Sequence record: OR352956.1 | Length of the DNA stretch: 64,000 bases | Source: Escherichia phage AV126 | Strand: one strand, 5' to 3' | Part shown: piece after piece, positions 7,978 through 18,296 of the stretch | Position numbering within the stretch: the first letter of the stretch is position 1 | Layout: each line of letters opens with the position of its first letter | Made by a program: the position numbers and the translations under genes | Notes under the pieces: model-generated | Told to the model about the DNA's origin: nothing | Database searches by the model: none | Seen by the model: only the letters and a program-made list of their open reading frames with translations

Positions 7978-10900
7978 TCAATGACAGGATGCCCAGGAAT
8001 TACCCACGTCATATCCGGCAGTAAGCTGAACATTAAGATTGTAAAATTCTCCAGCCTTAGTAACAGCTAAAGCAGCAAGTTCACCTGCCCGACTATAGGC
8101 TGTAAACCATCCACCTTTGGGAGATTCATGAATGTTAGCCCAAATTTGCCCTGTCTCTTTTTCCTTATTATGCTTCCATTCTTCAACTTTAGCAAGGCAT
8201 TCTTTATCAATTTTCTTTTGTTCTTCAGGATCGTCTACTTTCTTCCAACCTAATGATTCAGGTGAAAACCATTTAAATTCTACAAGGCTACGAGAAACTT
8301 CAAGCTGGGCTTCATCGTGATATGCAATCATTTGTTGCACGAAGTCTTTATTCTTCCAGTCATCTTTAAAGAAGTCAACACTTAGCCCTTCTTCTTCGAT
8401 CATGTCGTCATAAATAACCATTGCACGTTTAGCACAGATAACCCCACCACTTTGGAACAGAGAGTTAAGAATCGCGTGAGCAGAACGAGTAGGAACCTTA
8501 CGACCGTCAATACCCAAAACATACTGTTTACCAGTCTTAACCCAGAAATCGTTTAAACGTTCTTTAAGACGCGCCAGTGGGAATGCAGCTTCCCAGAAAG
8601 CATCGAACACCAGTTGCCCTGTGTATTTATCGCTACCAATTGTTTTAGCAACCTTGTCTGCTTGAGCGCCGTACGTGCAGTTACCTGTCAACGTGATAAA
8701 ACCATTCTGACGCATAACAAAAGATTCATTCTTGGTTGAGATACAGAATACATCTGTTACTCGTGAAAAAGCTTTTGTCAACCTCTGTCCTGAAATAGTT
8801 TGTCCGTTATTGATTGCCAACGTTAACATGCCATCTTTTTGAACAGAACCATACGCAATATTACCTGTCATATTGATAGCCAAAGAAACAGCGTCGCTAA
8901 TCTTACCTTTCTTTTGACGGATAACAAGACTGCCGTTTGGACGCTTATGACCATCTGCCATCCAGAATGCCTCTAAGAATGCTTCCAACACAGCTTGACC
9001 TTGATTAGCAATTAATGTAGACCAGTCCACTTCGTGCTTATTTTGACCCACTTCAACGCCACATTTAGTCAAAAATTCCCTAAACTGACTCTTATTAGGA
9101 CGTAATGAATGCATCGTTCCAGATACATACTCGTCAAATGTGAAGATATCTCCCACAGCCTCACGTGCTTCTTCTAAGAATTTTTTCTCATCTTGATCTA
9201 CCGTGACTGTAATACCCATTACTTTATTTCTGGCTTTGCTAGACCACTTATAGTAGCCATCCGAAAGAAGCCAGCCTAAGAAACGACCTTCTTCCACTGT
9301 TAGAGTAGACACCACACCAGATCGCCCTGCTGCAATTATGTTTGACTCCGAGTTTAAATCCTCTGTAGATCTACGCTCCACTTGCATATACTTAACATTG
9401 TTACCATCTGATCGCATAGTTTTTCTCTGTGCGTTAATCCACATATGATCGTTAGTAACTTCTACTTTGAACCACTTGTTACCGAGAGAGACAACTTCTG
9501 CATCGTTATAGTCCCACAGCTTAAGAATAGGGGTATATTCGTAAAGAGCGGTGTGAGTATTATAAGATAAAACTTCATCCCCTACAAAAAGATCTTTACG
9601 TTTCTTCCAACCCGTTCTTGTTAACACTTCCGTATTATCTACAGGTACACAACCGTATTTAACGCTCTTAGCAGGACCACGTTCAAACTTACGTCCAATA
9701 ATATCAGTAATATGTTTTGCCATCATAGTATGCACATCGTTTGGTTTTTCTAACAGAAGTGCATTACAGTAAGCATGATCAGGATTATCATATCTCCACG
9801 TATAATGCGACTCAATCTTCGCCTCTAATGAATCAAAGTCATAACCAATCTGGAAGTATTTAGGAACCTCTACACCAAACAGGTTACGCATCTGCCATCC
9901 AAACAAAGAGGTAACACGAGGAATATTGGCTACAGACCTATGCTTCATACGAGAGGTTGCTGCATCGCATGTAGCCGCTGGCGTAGGTATACGTCCATCT
10001 GCACGAACTGCTGCCAAGAAACCTTTGTTGTATTCTTGATCTTCTTCGTCTTCTTCCCAATCAGCACCGCCACCTAAAATAGAGTTCCTACGATGCTTAT
10101 ACGTTAAGTATTCTACAATCTGTGTAGCATAAGGAAACTTCTCACCCAAAGCTTGCAGGTTAGGACAAATTTCTTTTTCCTGACCTTTGGTAAAACATGG
10201 GTTAGTCAATACTTTAAGACCGCGACCTTTACCTTTTGCTATACGCTCTTGAATCTTCCTTTCCAAGGTTTCCGGTGTGCACTCCAGATGATCACAACGG
10301 TCCTGACAAAAATTAGAAGATAGAGTTTGCTCAACGTAAGCTCGAATACCTTTCTGAAGTTCTTCCTCACTCTTTTTAATCTTGGTGCCAGATTTAAGAG
10401 TCAAATCTTTATCTTTATATTCCGATGGTACCCAACCTAATCCTACAAGCCAGTTTTTAATATGGGTTGTATCGTTTAATGTTGCAGGGATGTGAGGATC
10501 ACATAAAGGCTCATCTGCTGCAACTGGCAGTTTCCACTCTTTCCCCAACATAACTAACCACCAATCTCCATCCCTCTCTTCCAAATGACCATCATGTTTC
10601 TTAGCAAAATTGATCATATGGTTAGTTGGCTCTAAGTTCTTTTTAATTTGCAACTTAGGTGGAATAAAAGCCTTAAGATAGCCTTTTGTTGCTGGTTTAG
10701 GTGGCAAAATAGGCTCAACGAGTAAACGAAGACGCTCCATTTCTGCATCCAAAAAAGCAAGGTTCTCTTCTGCTTGCTTCATGTTAAAAGCAAACCCACG
10801 GTGTTCCTGGCGCGTGATAATGTCTGCTACACGTTGTTCAAGTTCAAATGGACCTTCCCATTTATCATAATCCCCCCATTCTTCCATGAGGTAATTATAT

Positions 10901-11547
10901 ACACTTGTGTTGGCTTTGTTATCATAGATACAGTAATAAAGCATATCCGCAGCAAAAGTCTTAAATCGATCTTCTTCTGGAATCTCTTTACGGAAATCTA
11001 TTTTTACATCCCCACCTGCCTTTCGAGAAAGTGCTGCCAAACTATGTCCTGATTTGCCCTCAATCTTTCGATCTGGGTTTAACACTTTACTCAAAATCAA
11101 GGAGTCAATAAGTTTTACCTTATTTTTGCCCCACGTATTATATTTAACACTGTAATCTAATCCATAAAACAGTTTTGTAGCCAACCAGTCGTAGTTGATA
11201 CCGTTGTGAGCCACAGCCATTTCAACCAGATATTCAGGCTTGTCTTTAAAATAACCTTCATGATTAATAAAGTCTGGGAAATCTTTTAGTTGAAAATGCG
11301 TGTAATCTTGCGCCACATACTCTTTAAGAACATATGTGTATTTACCATCTGACTCTTCATAAGGACGCCCATCAAAGATGTATTTAGGGCCATCGTGGAA
11401 AGCTACTATTTCTCCTGTTTCATGGTTCTCTAAGACAATACAGTGCATTTGAAATGTGTCTTTGAGACGATAAGGACTAGCTAAATAATCAATAGTGTCA
11501 TTATTCAACAATCCGTTTGCTTCAATATCCCATGTAAACTTACTCAC
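7978..11547 (-). CDS. family A DNA polymerase (T7 gp5-like, 3'-5' exonuclease domain) interrupted by an intein
   Basis: 1189 aa; N-terminal DIEANGL and VAHNGINYD exo motifs like T7; motif B RGPAKSVKYG/CTYGAQ split by a 324-aa insertion. Confidence 0.9.
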   Translation of the reverse strand: MSKFTWDIEANGLLNNDTIDYLASPYRLKDTFQMHCIVLENHETGEIVAFHDGPKYIFDGRPYEESDGKYTYVLKEYVAQDYTHFQLKDFPDFINHEGYFKDKPEYLVEMAVAHNGINYDWLATKLFYGLDYSVKYNTWGKNKVKLIDSLILSKVLNPDRKIEGKSGHSLAALSRKAGGDVKIDFRKEIPEEDRFKTFAADMLYYCIYDNKANTSVYNYLMEEWGDYDKWEGPFELEQRVADIITRQEHRGFAFNMKQAEENLAFLDAEMERLRLLVEPILPPKPATKGYLKAFIPPKLQIKKNLEPTNHMINFAKKHDGHLEERDGDWWLVMLGKEWKLPVAADEPLCDPHIPATLNDTTHIKNWLVGLGWVPSEYKDKDLTLKSGTKIKKSEEELQKGIRAYVEQTLSSNFCQDRCDHLECTPETLERKIQERIAKGKGRGLKVLTNPCFTKGQEKEICPNLQALGEKFPYATQIVEYLTYKHRRNSILGGGADWEEDEEDQEYNKGFLAAVRADGRIPTPAATCDAATSRMKHRSVANIPRVTSLFGWQMRNLFGVEVPKYFQIGYDFDSLEAKIESHYTWRYDNPDHAYCNALLLEKPNDVHTMMAKHITDIIGRKFERGPAKSVKYGCVPVDNTEVLTRTGWKKRKDLFVGDEVLSYNTHTALYEYTPILKLWDYNDAEVVSLGNKWFKVEVTNDHMWINAQRKTMRSDGNNVKYMQVERRSTEDLNSESNIIAAGRSGVVSTLTVEEGRFLGWLLSDGYYKWSSKARNKVMGITVTVDQDEKKFLEEAREAVGDIFTFDEYVSGTMHSLRPNKSQFREFLTKCGVEVGQNKHEVDWSTLIANQGQAVLEAFLEAFWMADGHKRPNGSLVIRQKKGKISDAVSLAINMTGNIAYGSVQKDGMLTLAINNGQTISGQRLTKAFSRVTDVFCISTKNESFVMRQNGFITLTGNCTYGAQADKVAKTIGSDKYTGQLVFDAFWEAAFPLARLKERLNDFWVKTGKQYVLGIDGRKVPTRSAHAILNSLFQSGGVICAKRAMVIYDDMIEEEGLSVDFFKDDWKNKDFVQQMIAYHDEAQLEVSRSLVEFKWFSPESLGWKKVDDPEEQKKIDKECLAKVEEWKHNKEKETGQIWANIHESPKGGWFTAYSRAGELAALAVTKAGEFYNLNVQLTAGYDVGNSWASCH
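8680..9651 (-). mobile_element. intein with LAGLIDADG homing endonuclease, inserted in polymerase motif B
   Basis: Begins CVPVDNTEV (block A), TNDH (block B), LGWLLSDGY and LEAFWMADGH (LAGLIDADG pair), ends NGFITLTGN with +1 Cys. Confidence 0.8.
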
Positions 11548-12341
11548 TATTCCTCCTTTCTAATGTTCTCCAGAACCCACTGAAGTTCTTTTAAACTTAA
11601 ACTTCTTACTCCCGCAGTTTTACTAGCTTCAGTTTTAAGTAACGGGTAAGCCTCAATGATACGTGTTTTAAGATCAGAAGTCAAGGCTTTTAAAAAATAG
11701 GTAGATGCTTCAGATAAAGAATCTTCTTCTGTTAGCACTTTACCTGCGCTTGCTCCGGCTCTCCTAACGGCTATGTCGTAGTCTTTGCTGTTACCTAATA
11801 CGAACAGTCGATTCTCTCCTAAAACAACGGGAGAACGCTTCTGGCTGCGTTTAATCCATATCTGGAATACACAAGGAACATCCCAAGGTTCTCCATGAAG
11901 AATAAAAGATCCTTTGGGACACTCTTCTTCGTGAAGAAGATGCATATAAGGATTTAGTTTGTGTGCAAAAAAGATTTTTTGAAATGTGCGAGGCAAGATA
12001 AAACAAATACCACCTTCGTTATCCAACATTTCAGCACAATGGTTAAAGAACTTAATGGCAAGACTAGCATTTTTTCCAAATGGAGGATTACCGACAAAAG
12101 CAGTTACACTACCAACAGACTCAACAGATTGAGCTAAAAAATCTGCCTCAATACAATCTTCAAACTTAGGGTCAATATCAAAAGAAGTTATGTTTTTAAA
12201 ACAAGAAGAGAAAGCTCCTTCTCCCGCAGATGGTTCTACGTAGTTAGCTTCCTCTCCAAAAATTTCTTTGATCTTATCACATAAGAACCCCGCATAAGCG
12301 GGGTTAGTGTAATATTGATCAAGTGTGTTCAACTTGCTCAA
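11547..12341 (-). CDS. DNA N6-adenine methyltransferase (putative)
   Basis: 264 aa; EPSAGEGAF (SAM-binding) and VGNPPFGK (NPPF catalytic motif). Confidence 0.6.
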   Translation of the reverse strand: MSKLNTLDQYYTNPAYAGFLCDKIKEIFGEEANYVEPSAGEGAFSSCFKNITSFDIDPKFEDCIEADFLAQSVESVGSVTAFVGNPPFGKNASLAIKFFNHCAEMLDNEGGICFILPRTFQKIFFAHKLNPYMHLLHEEECPKGSFILHGEPWDVPCVFQIWIKRSQKRSPVVLGENRLFVLGNSKDYDIAVRRAGASAGKVLTEEDSLSEASTYFLKALTSDLKTRIIEAYPLLKTEASKTAGVRSLSLKELQWVLENIRKEE

Positions 12342-12350
12342 TAGTCCTCC

Positions 12351-12782
12351 TTAGTTGTTAGCGAACTCAATAGTGAGGTCAACTTTACCATCATCAGAAA
12401 TAACCATGTTTTTGGTATTTTTAAAGATGATATCTACTTTACCTTCGCTTACACGACAGAATGCAACACCATCTGCAACTTTATCAATATAATATTTGTA
12501 AGAAAGAATACCCACTTTACTACGACCAGCACCTTTTGTGAAAGAAGGGCTTACATCGAAACGGAAACCTTTAGAAGAAACAACACGGTAAGAACGTCCA
12601 GTTGGGATATGTTCAATAACAGAGACATTGTTCTCAACAACTTTTACAGCAAACTCTTCAGGATGATCCTCAACAATCATGTGTGGGATGGCAAATGCCA
12701 ACGCTTGTTTGTGTTTAATAACACCAGCACCCAGAGCACCAGCAGCTTTAACTTTTGCATTCAGATCGATTGTCATACGCAT
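12351..12782 (-). CDS. hypothetical protein
   Basis: 143-aa ORF with RBS AGAGGAGAAG; own promoter upstream. Confidence 0.5.
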   Translation of the reverse strand: MRMTIDLNAKVKAAGALGAGVIKHKQALAFAIPHMIVEDHPEEFAVKVVENNVSVIEHIPTGRSYRVVSSKGFRFDVSPSFTKGAGRSKVGILSYKYYIDKVADGVAFCRVSEGKVDIIFKNTKNMVISDDGKVDLTIEFANN

Positions 12783-12815
12783 TTTTACTTCTCCTCTTGT
12801 TTGGTTGATGAGACA

Positions 12816-12844
12816 AGTATAAGTCCCTTCCGTAAAGTTGTCAA
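12816..12844 (-). promoter_or_regulatory. sigma70-type promoter
   Basis: TTGACA, 17-nt spacer, TATACT on minus strand just downstream of terminator. Confidence 0.5.
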
Positions 12845-12851
12845 CAGGTAT

Positions 12852-12876
12852 TTTTAATAAAAGGGCCGAAGCCCTT
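12852..12876 (-). terminator. rho-independent terminator after primase-helicase
   Basis: AAGGGC-ttcg-GCCCTT then TTTATTAAAAA on minus strand. Confidence 0.65.
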
Positions 12877-14653
12877 AATAGTTGCTATCCGTAGGCAAAT
12901 TAGCAGGATTGTTGAAATACTGCTCTTTGTCATGCAGAGTTGCAGTTCTAATGTCATAGTAAAACTGCCCTGCCGGACCAGTTTCCGAGAACTCACGGTT
13001 TTTTAGGATAAAGCAATGAGTCGTATTGCGTTCTACAGGGTCTTCAGCGGCTTTATCTCGTTCCAAAGCCAAGGTAATACCAGCACCTTTAGCCAAGAAA
13101 CTACTACCCATTGCATCGTCCTCTGTTAAGTGTTCATTGCCACCATTAGCCGACTTCTTAACGTGTGAGATGACGATAATGGTTATAGCATACTCTTTCA
13201 TGATGCGCTTCAACCATGTTGCTAACTCTTCCTGGGCTTGAACATCCATACCAGAAAGCAAATCAGAATAAGGGTCGATAACAAGAATTGTTACTCCAAA
13301 ATAGATGATCATCTCCAAAACTTTTTCTTTGATAGACTCCACATCTGCTCCACGATCATCACACACATAAAAACGTGGTGATCCATCTTCTCTTTCGTAA
13401 AAATCTAGGATTTTTTCTTTATTCTCTTCCAAGATTTGAAATTTCTCTTCCGGTGTTTTCCTGTGTAGAGGAATATGCAGGAACGAGGACAACAGGTTAC
13501 GAGAATATTTCTTATAAGTTGCTTCCAAGGACAGAATACCTAGGGTATGTTCTGGGTGCGCAACAATAATATGTTTGGTGATCTCGTTCACCATCAAAGT
13601 TTTACCGATACTGGTCTTTGCCAGGATAACTGTAATCTCTTCCTCTACTAAACCACCACCCAGCATATTTGCAGCAACACGCATAAAAGGAGGCAAGGTA
13701 ATCATCTTGGATTCCAAGCATTCTAATGCAGCTTCATACAAGACATTAGAAGCATAAACACCTGCTGGGGTGTATAGACGAGCACTCCAAAAAGCTTTTA
13801 CGAAATCTTTTGCACGACCTTCTTCCAGATACTGATTGGCATCCTTAAGATCCATCTGCATACGGTAGACTTTGTTACGAGGCAGCACCTTAACAATATT
13901 TTCAAATGCCTCGTTACCTGCTTTGTCGTTATCCATGCAAACAATAATCTTCTTAAATTTTTCAAAGAAAGGATATTGTGCCTGAACTTGTTTATACATA
14001 CTGGTTTCACCAGTTGTGCCACTTACTACGGCTGGAAGCTCATATTTACTGTCCAAGTTTTCAGATAGCATTTGATAAGCTGCCAGAGCATCGTGTTCAC
14101 CACCTGTAATTACAACAGTATGAGAACGATCTGCAAAACGAATTTGTCCAAAAAGATCTACATCTTTACCTACTTGACCAATAGGTTTACTGAAATCTTT
14201 AGGATGAATACGACGCTTAAAACCAACCAATTCTTTACCGATGGTAGTTGGATATAAACAACTTTCTACTACCATCTGATCTCCTTCCTGACGGTATTCA
14301 TAACGAACACCATAGAAAGATGAAACTTTTTCTTTAATGCCTCGATAACCACGTGGGTTGGTTGATGTTTCTTGAACAATTTTACGATGAATCTGTTTAT
14401 TAAATTCCGAACCCACAATCTCCTCCTCTTCTTCTAAAACTTCACCATTTTCTCGTAACCATTCTACGCTAGGAATAGTGTATTCACACGCAAAGCACTT
14501 AGCACCTTTATGCTCTCCATTAGAATCTAATCCATAAACCATCAGGTTATTACGAGAGCGATCCTTGCCATTTTTCATGCAGCGCGGACAACCTGTATGT
14601 CCTTCCTTGCTAAGATCAACATCAAATCCATATTTAGTTATAATGTGCGACAC
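12875..14653 (-). CDS. bifunctional DNA primase-helicase (T7 gp4-like)
   Basis: 592 aa; N-terminal Cys4 zinc ribbon (CPRC...CFAC), TOPRIM-like GGEHD and DNDKAG, helicase Walker A TSIGKT. Confidence 0.85.
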   Translation of the reverse strand: MSHIITKYGFDVDLSKEGHTGCPRCMKNGKDRSRNNLMVYGLDSNGEHKGAKCFACEYTIPSVEWLRENGEVLEEEEEIVGSEFNKQIHRKIVQETSTNPRGYRGIKEKVSSFYGVRYEYRQEGDQMVVESCLYPTTIGKELVGFKRRIHPKDFSKPIGQVGKDVDLFGQIRFADRSHTVVITGGEHDALAAYQMLSENLDSKYELPAVVSGTTGETSMYKQVQAQYPFFEKFKKIIVCMDNDKAGNEAFENIVKVLPRNKVYRMQMDLKDANQYLEEGRAKDFVKAFWSARLYTPAGVYASNVLYEAALECLESKMITLPPFMRVAANMLGGGLVEEEITVILAKTSIGKTLMVNEITKHIIVAHPEHTLGILSLEATYKKYSRNLLSSFLHIPLHRKTPEEKFQILEENKEKILDFYEREDGSPRFYVCDDRGADVESIKEKVLEMIIYFGVTILVIDPYSDLLSGMDVQAQEELATWLKRIMKEYAITIIVISHVKKSANGGNEHLTEDDAMGSSFLAKGAGITLALERDKAAEDPVERNTTHCFILKNREFSETGPAGQFYYDIRTATLHDKEQYFNNPANLPTDSNY

Positions 14654-14665
14654 TTTGTTCTCCTG

Positions 14666-14944
14666 TTAAAATGGTTCGTTAGTCTCCATCATATATTCTG
14701 CTTCTAGTTCTTCCATGTGCTTTCTAAATTGGAAAGCAATTTCTGCTACAGTTACATTTAAATCTTTTTCAAAAACTTCTGTAGATCCTTCATAAAAACG
14801 AATACCGTCAATTAAAAGCCCTCCGTGGTAATCCCAATCGCTTTCACGAGAAAGTGGATTAGGTTCTTCATAATAGTAATCCACCTCCACGACCAAGGCT
14901 TTCCCGTTACGAGCGGTGTATTCAAAATCAAAAGTGTTAATCAT
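14666..14944 (-). CDS. hypothetical protein
   Basis: 92-aa ORF in operon. Confidence 0.45.
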   Translation of the reverse strand: MINTFDFEYTARNGKALVVEVDYYYEEPNPLSRESDWDYHGGLLIDGIRFYEGSTEVFEKDLNVTVAEIAFQFRKHMEELEAEYMMETNEPF

Positions 14945-15888
14945 TATAACTCCTCAAATAAAAGCCTACGACGCTCATTCAACACATCAATGTGATAATG
15001 AGTCCTGACATACTTAGCTAATGCTAATCCTTTCTCCATGCAAACATCGGGAGCACTTAATAAGTATTCCGTAATATCTTTCCACTCGGAAGGTGTTTCA
15101 GCAAAGAATAACAAATCTTTAAACTCTTGTGTATGATAATTCTCACGAGGAGAGCAGATTAAAGGTAAACCCTTAGCACCTGCCTCAAGAATTTTAAGAT
15201 TGCTTTTTGCATTATTAAACACGTTATCGATCAATGGTGCAAGACTGATTTGATGACCATCGTAAGATTCCATGTAGTTGGCATATGGTCTTACACCTTC
15301 ATAAACACAAGTTGGTGCTACATTTTCCCTGATTAAAGACCATTCACGACTACTTAAAACTTCAGAATCCCTACGAAAACCACATATTGTAAGATCTTTA
15401 CCAAAATCGGGCAAGATAGCCAAATCTTGTTTATGTGTTTCACTTCCAGCCCAGACTAATGGAGTTTTGGAGTAGCGATCACGGGTCAACACAAATTGAC
15501 CTTCATCGTAAGGAAGTCCATTAGGGATTATGTGCACATTATCATTGTATTGTGAAAGTTCAACTTGCAAGGCAGGTGTCGTAGTTGTAACAAGATCACT
15601 GTGCTCTAAAAACCATTTTAAATGTTCACGAATACCTGATTCAAAAATACCTTCTAACATGTGTCCTTTTGGAATAACTAAAGAGTCATCCAAATCCATA
15701 ACCATTTTAAAGCCTAGGTTTTTAAGGGCTAAAAAGCCCTCTTTACCTTTTGTTGGCACTCCGTTAAAAACGAAAACGTTGTGTTTAGGTTGTGAAGAGA
15801 ACTGCCTTGAGTAAGGCAGCACTACCCTATGGAAATCGCAGACACTATAATTGATTCCGTTACGATTGTCAAGAATTATTTGTCCCAT
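14944..15888 (-). CDS. glycosyltransferase, GT-B fold (group 1-like)
   Basis: 314 aa; C-terminal SNLKILEAGAKGLPLICS resembles GT1/GT4 donor-binding motif; paralog of next gene. Confidence 0.5.
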   Translation of the reverse strand: MGQIILDNRNGINYSVCDFHRVVLPYSRQFSSQPKHNVFVFNGVPTKGKEGFLALKNLGFKMVMDLDDSLVIPKGHMLEGIFESGIREHLKWFLEHSDLVTTTTPALQVELSQYNDNVHIIPNGLPYDEGQFVLTRDRYSKTPLVWAGSETHKQDLAILPDFGKDLTICGFRRDSEVLSSREWSLIRENVAPTCVYEGVRPYANYMESYDGHQISLAPLIDNVFNNAKSNLKILEAGAKGLPLICSPRENYHTQEFKDLLFFAETPSEWKDITEYLLSAPDVCMEKGLALAKYVRTHYHIDVLNERRRLLFEEL

Positions 15889-15895
15889 ACTTCAC

Positions 15896-16843
15896 CTACA
15901 AACTTTCAATAACCTGGCGTCGCAACTCGTTTGCATCTGCCAGATTATAATGTGTTCGAACATGTTCAGCCAAGAACAAGCCACGATCTTCCCGATAATT
16001 TGGATTGCGAAGAAGCTTAACAATTTCGTAATGCCATTCTGCTTTATTCTCTGCGTAAGCAACAGCGCGAGCATCTACAGGGTTAAAATAAGGTAATACC
16101 TTAGAACAAACAATTGGAATACCTTTTGCTCCAGCTTCCAGGATTTTGAGATTGCTTTTACAATTATTAAAATCATTATCTACCAAAGGAGCTATAGCAA
16201 TAGCATGACTTTCGTAAACACTCATGTAATTATCTAAATCTTTTACAGCGGCTTTATATTTGGCATTTGGTAAATTTCTGCGAATCTTAATCCACTCTTG
16301 TCCCGTGATGCTTTGTGATGCTTCATATCCCGCAATAGTAAGAAGTTCATCATCGAAAGTATTAGAGACTAGTCGTAAGTCTGGTTCGTGACTAGCACCG
16401 CCAGCCCATACAACAGGGGTACCGGATGAACGATCATTTGACAAAGTGAATTGTCCGCTATCAAAAGGAAGTGCATTTCGGATCACAACAACATTCCTAT
16501 TTAAGTGACGGATCTTATATGCCAAATATTCCGTAGTCACAATAACCACATCAGCAAGCTTAACCATAGCTACAATAGCATGAGTGTTTGACTCGTATAG
16601 ACTTGCTAAATAATGTTCTGGATTAAGTTGGTAAAAATCATCTAAGTCTACAACAACCTTAACACCTTGACGTTTCAAAGATAAAACGTATTCTGCACCT
16701 TTAGAGTGGATACGGTTAAACACAACAACATCTTTCTTAGGTTGAATATTATTGTTGTTAAATGGTATAACAATACGATGATAGTCACAACCGCTGTGAG
16801 GTTTTGCATCAATTTTTAGTTTAGACCATTTTTTATTTGACAT
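15896..16843 (-). CDS. glycosyltransferase, GT-B fold, paralog
   Basis: 315 aa; SNLKILEAGAKGIPIVCS; collinear similarity to 14944-15888. Confidence 0.5.
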   Translation of the reverse strand: MSNKKWSKLKIDAKPHSGCDYHRIVIPFNNNNIQPKKDVVVFNRIHSKGAEYVLSLKRQGVKVVVDLDDFYQLNPEHYLASLYESNTHAIVAMVKLADVVIVTTEYLAYKIRHLNRNVVVIRNALPFDSGQFTLSNDRSSGTPVVWAGGASHEPDLRLVSNTFDDELLTIAGYEASQSITGQEWIKIRRNLPNAKYKAAVKDLDNYMSVYESHAIAIAPLVDNDFNNCKSNLKILEAGAKGIPIVCSKVLPYFNPVDARAVAYAENKAEWHYEIVKLLRNPNYREDRGLFLAEHVRTHYNLADANELRRQVIESL

Positions 16844-17516
16844 GTGCTAGTGCCTCCTCATAGGAAATTCGGATTTTCCCATTTTTAATATCCTCTAAAG
16901 ATGCTTTATATTCTTCCCAGTTAATCCCAATAGCAGCCTCTTTCTCTTCTTTTGTCAGGTTAGCAAAAGGCATAGGATTGTTTCCAAAAACATCGTCTGG
17001 GTGGATATAAGCCATGATACGAAGTGGACAAGGTGTTGCCTGAATACCATGATTCAAACCAGCAGCTTGCAAACGGTGTCCCCATTCAGCATCTTCAAAA
17101 CCATAACCGTGAGTGTAAGGACGGAAATAACCCATCTTCTCAACAACGGAACGAGAATACATTGCAAATTGACACATTGCAAGTTCCCAGAGAATAACTT
17201 CTCCTTTGCTTCCAACAACTTTATCTTTGAAATACTCCGGCATACCAAAGAAATCCCATCCTCCAGAGACAGCTTGATCTACAAAGTATGTTTCCCATCC
17301 CTCCATGACTGGGTAGCAATCATCGTCAAAAATAAACCAATAATCATAACCTTCTTCATAAAACTGGTGCATAAGTTCATTCCTGGCATAAGCTACACCT
17401 TTACGATCTGGATCGTTGAATACTCGAAAATCTGCACGTGGATCTGTTACAAGGTAGTCTTTAAGTGGACGGACACCTACAGTGATAACACCCACTCCGA
17501 TTTTAATATTTTCCAT
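16833..17516 (-). CDS. glycosyltransferase, GT-A fold (family 2-like)
   Basis: 227 aa; DxD-type FIFDDDCYP and GYGFEDAEWGHRL resembling GT2 motif. Confidence 0.55.
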   Translation of the reverse strand: MENIKIGVGVITVGVRPLKDYLVTDPRADFRVFNDPDRKGVAYARNELMHQFYEEGYDYWFIFDDDCYPVMEGWETYFVDQAVSGGWDFFGMPEYFKDKVVGSKGEVILWELAMCQFAMYSRSVVEKMGYFRPYTHGYGFEDAEWGHRLQAAGLNHGIQATPCPLRIMAYIHPDDVFGNNPMPFANLTKEEKEAAIGINWEEYKASLEDIKNGKIRISYEEALAHVK

Positions 17517-17524
17517 TTTCTCTC

Positions 17525-18088
17525 CTAAATAGTTTTACTGTGATCGTGACAGTGTAATAAATGATGTATAGACCGTTGAGGATTTGTTTGACCTAATCTG
17601 TAAATGTGAAACAGATACATTCCCCGCATCAATCCTAACCTCTTTCCTTTTTCATGTAAAGTGCGAGAGAAAATTAAGTCGAATTGGATAGATTTTTCTT
17701 CGAAAGGAATTTCGTTCCACAACGATTTTCTAAAAAGCAAAAAGAAACCTGCCAGAGGTGTTCCGAAAGGAACTTCTTCAACACTCACTTTATGATATTC
17801 TCTTGCAATCTTAGCATATTCTATATGGTTTAGAATATCTGGATCATCGTTAATTTGGTTAGAGAAAAGCTGATAACCACTACCTAACCTGTTACAAGTT
17901 GCACCTATTACATCAAAAGGTGGGTTTGAAATAACAAGCTCTTCAAGCATAGATGGTTGATCAGGCAGGAGGAACATTGTATCGGTATCTCTTAAGCACA
18001 CCCAACTATCATCTGGAAGAACGGCAATAGCTTCATTGATAGCCTTGCCGATATTTCCTGTCAGATAGGGAGTAATATAATAAATCAT
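17525..18088 (-). CDS. putative GT-A-like glycosyltransferase
   Basis: 187 aa; CLRDTDTMF DxD-like motif; adjacent to GT cluster. Confidence 0.35.
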   Translation of the reverse strand: MIYYITPYLTGNIGKAINEAIAVLPDDSWVCLRDTDTMFLLPDQPSMLEELVISNPPFDVIGATCNRLGSGYQLFSNQINDDPDILNHIEYAKIAREYHKVSVEEVPFGTPLAGFFLLFRKSLWNEIPFEEKSIQFDLIFSRTLHEKGKRLGLMRGMYLFHIYRLGQTNPQRSIHHLLHCHDHSKTI

Positions 18089-18104
18089 TCTCCCCTCCGT
18101 TATA

Positions 18105-18296
18105 TTAACTGTCAGCTACAATCCCACGTTTAATCATTTCTTGTTGGATTTGGATGACACGATCTCGTGCTTCCATATATTCTTTAAAAGATTCTTGGAG
18201 ATGGTCACGAGCTACATCCCGTAGTTTAATCAGTTTGTCGTTTGTCACTTCTTGAAGAGAGATTTCGCCAGTTTCATTGGTCCCAAGCGTTTTCAT
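18105..18296 (-). CDS. hypothetical small protein
   Basis: 63-aa ORF. Confidence 0.4.
   Translation of the reverse strand: MKTLGTNETGEISLQEVTNDKLIKLRDVARDHLQESFKEYMEARDRVIQIQQEMIKRGIVADS

Noticed and set aside
8132-17528. Plus-strand ORFs inside the polymerase, primase-helicase and glycosyltransferase genes (8132-8320, 10774-11052, 13026-14257, 15530-16096, 17001-17528)
   Set aside because: Antisense shadow ORFs within well-supported minus-strand genes.
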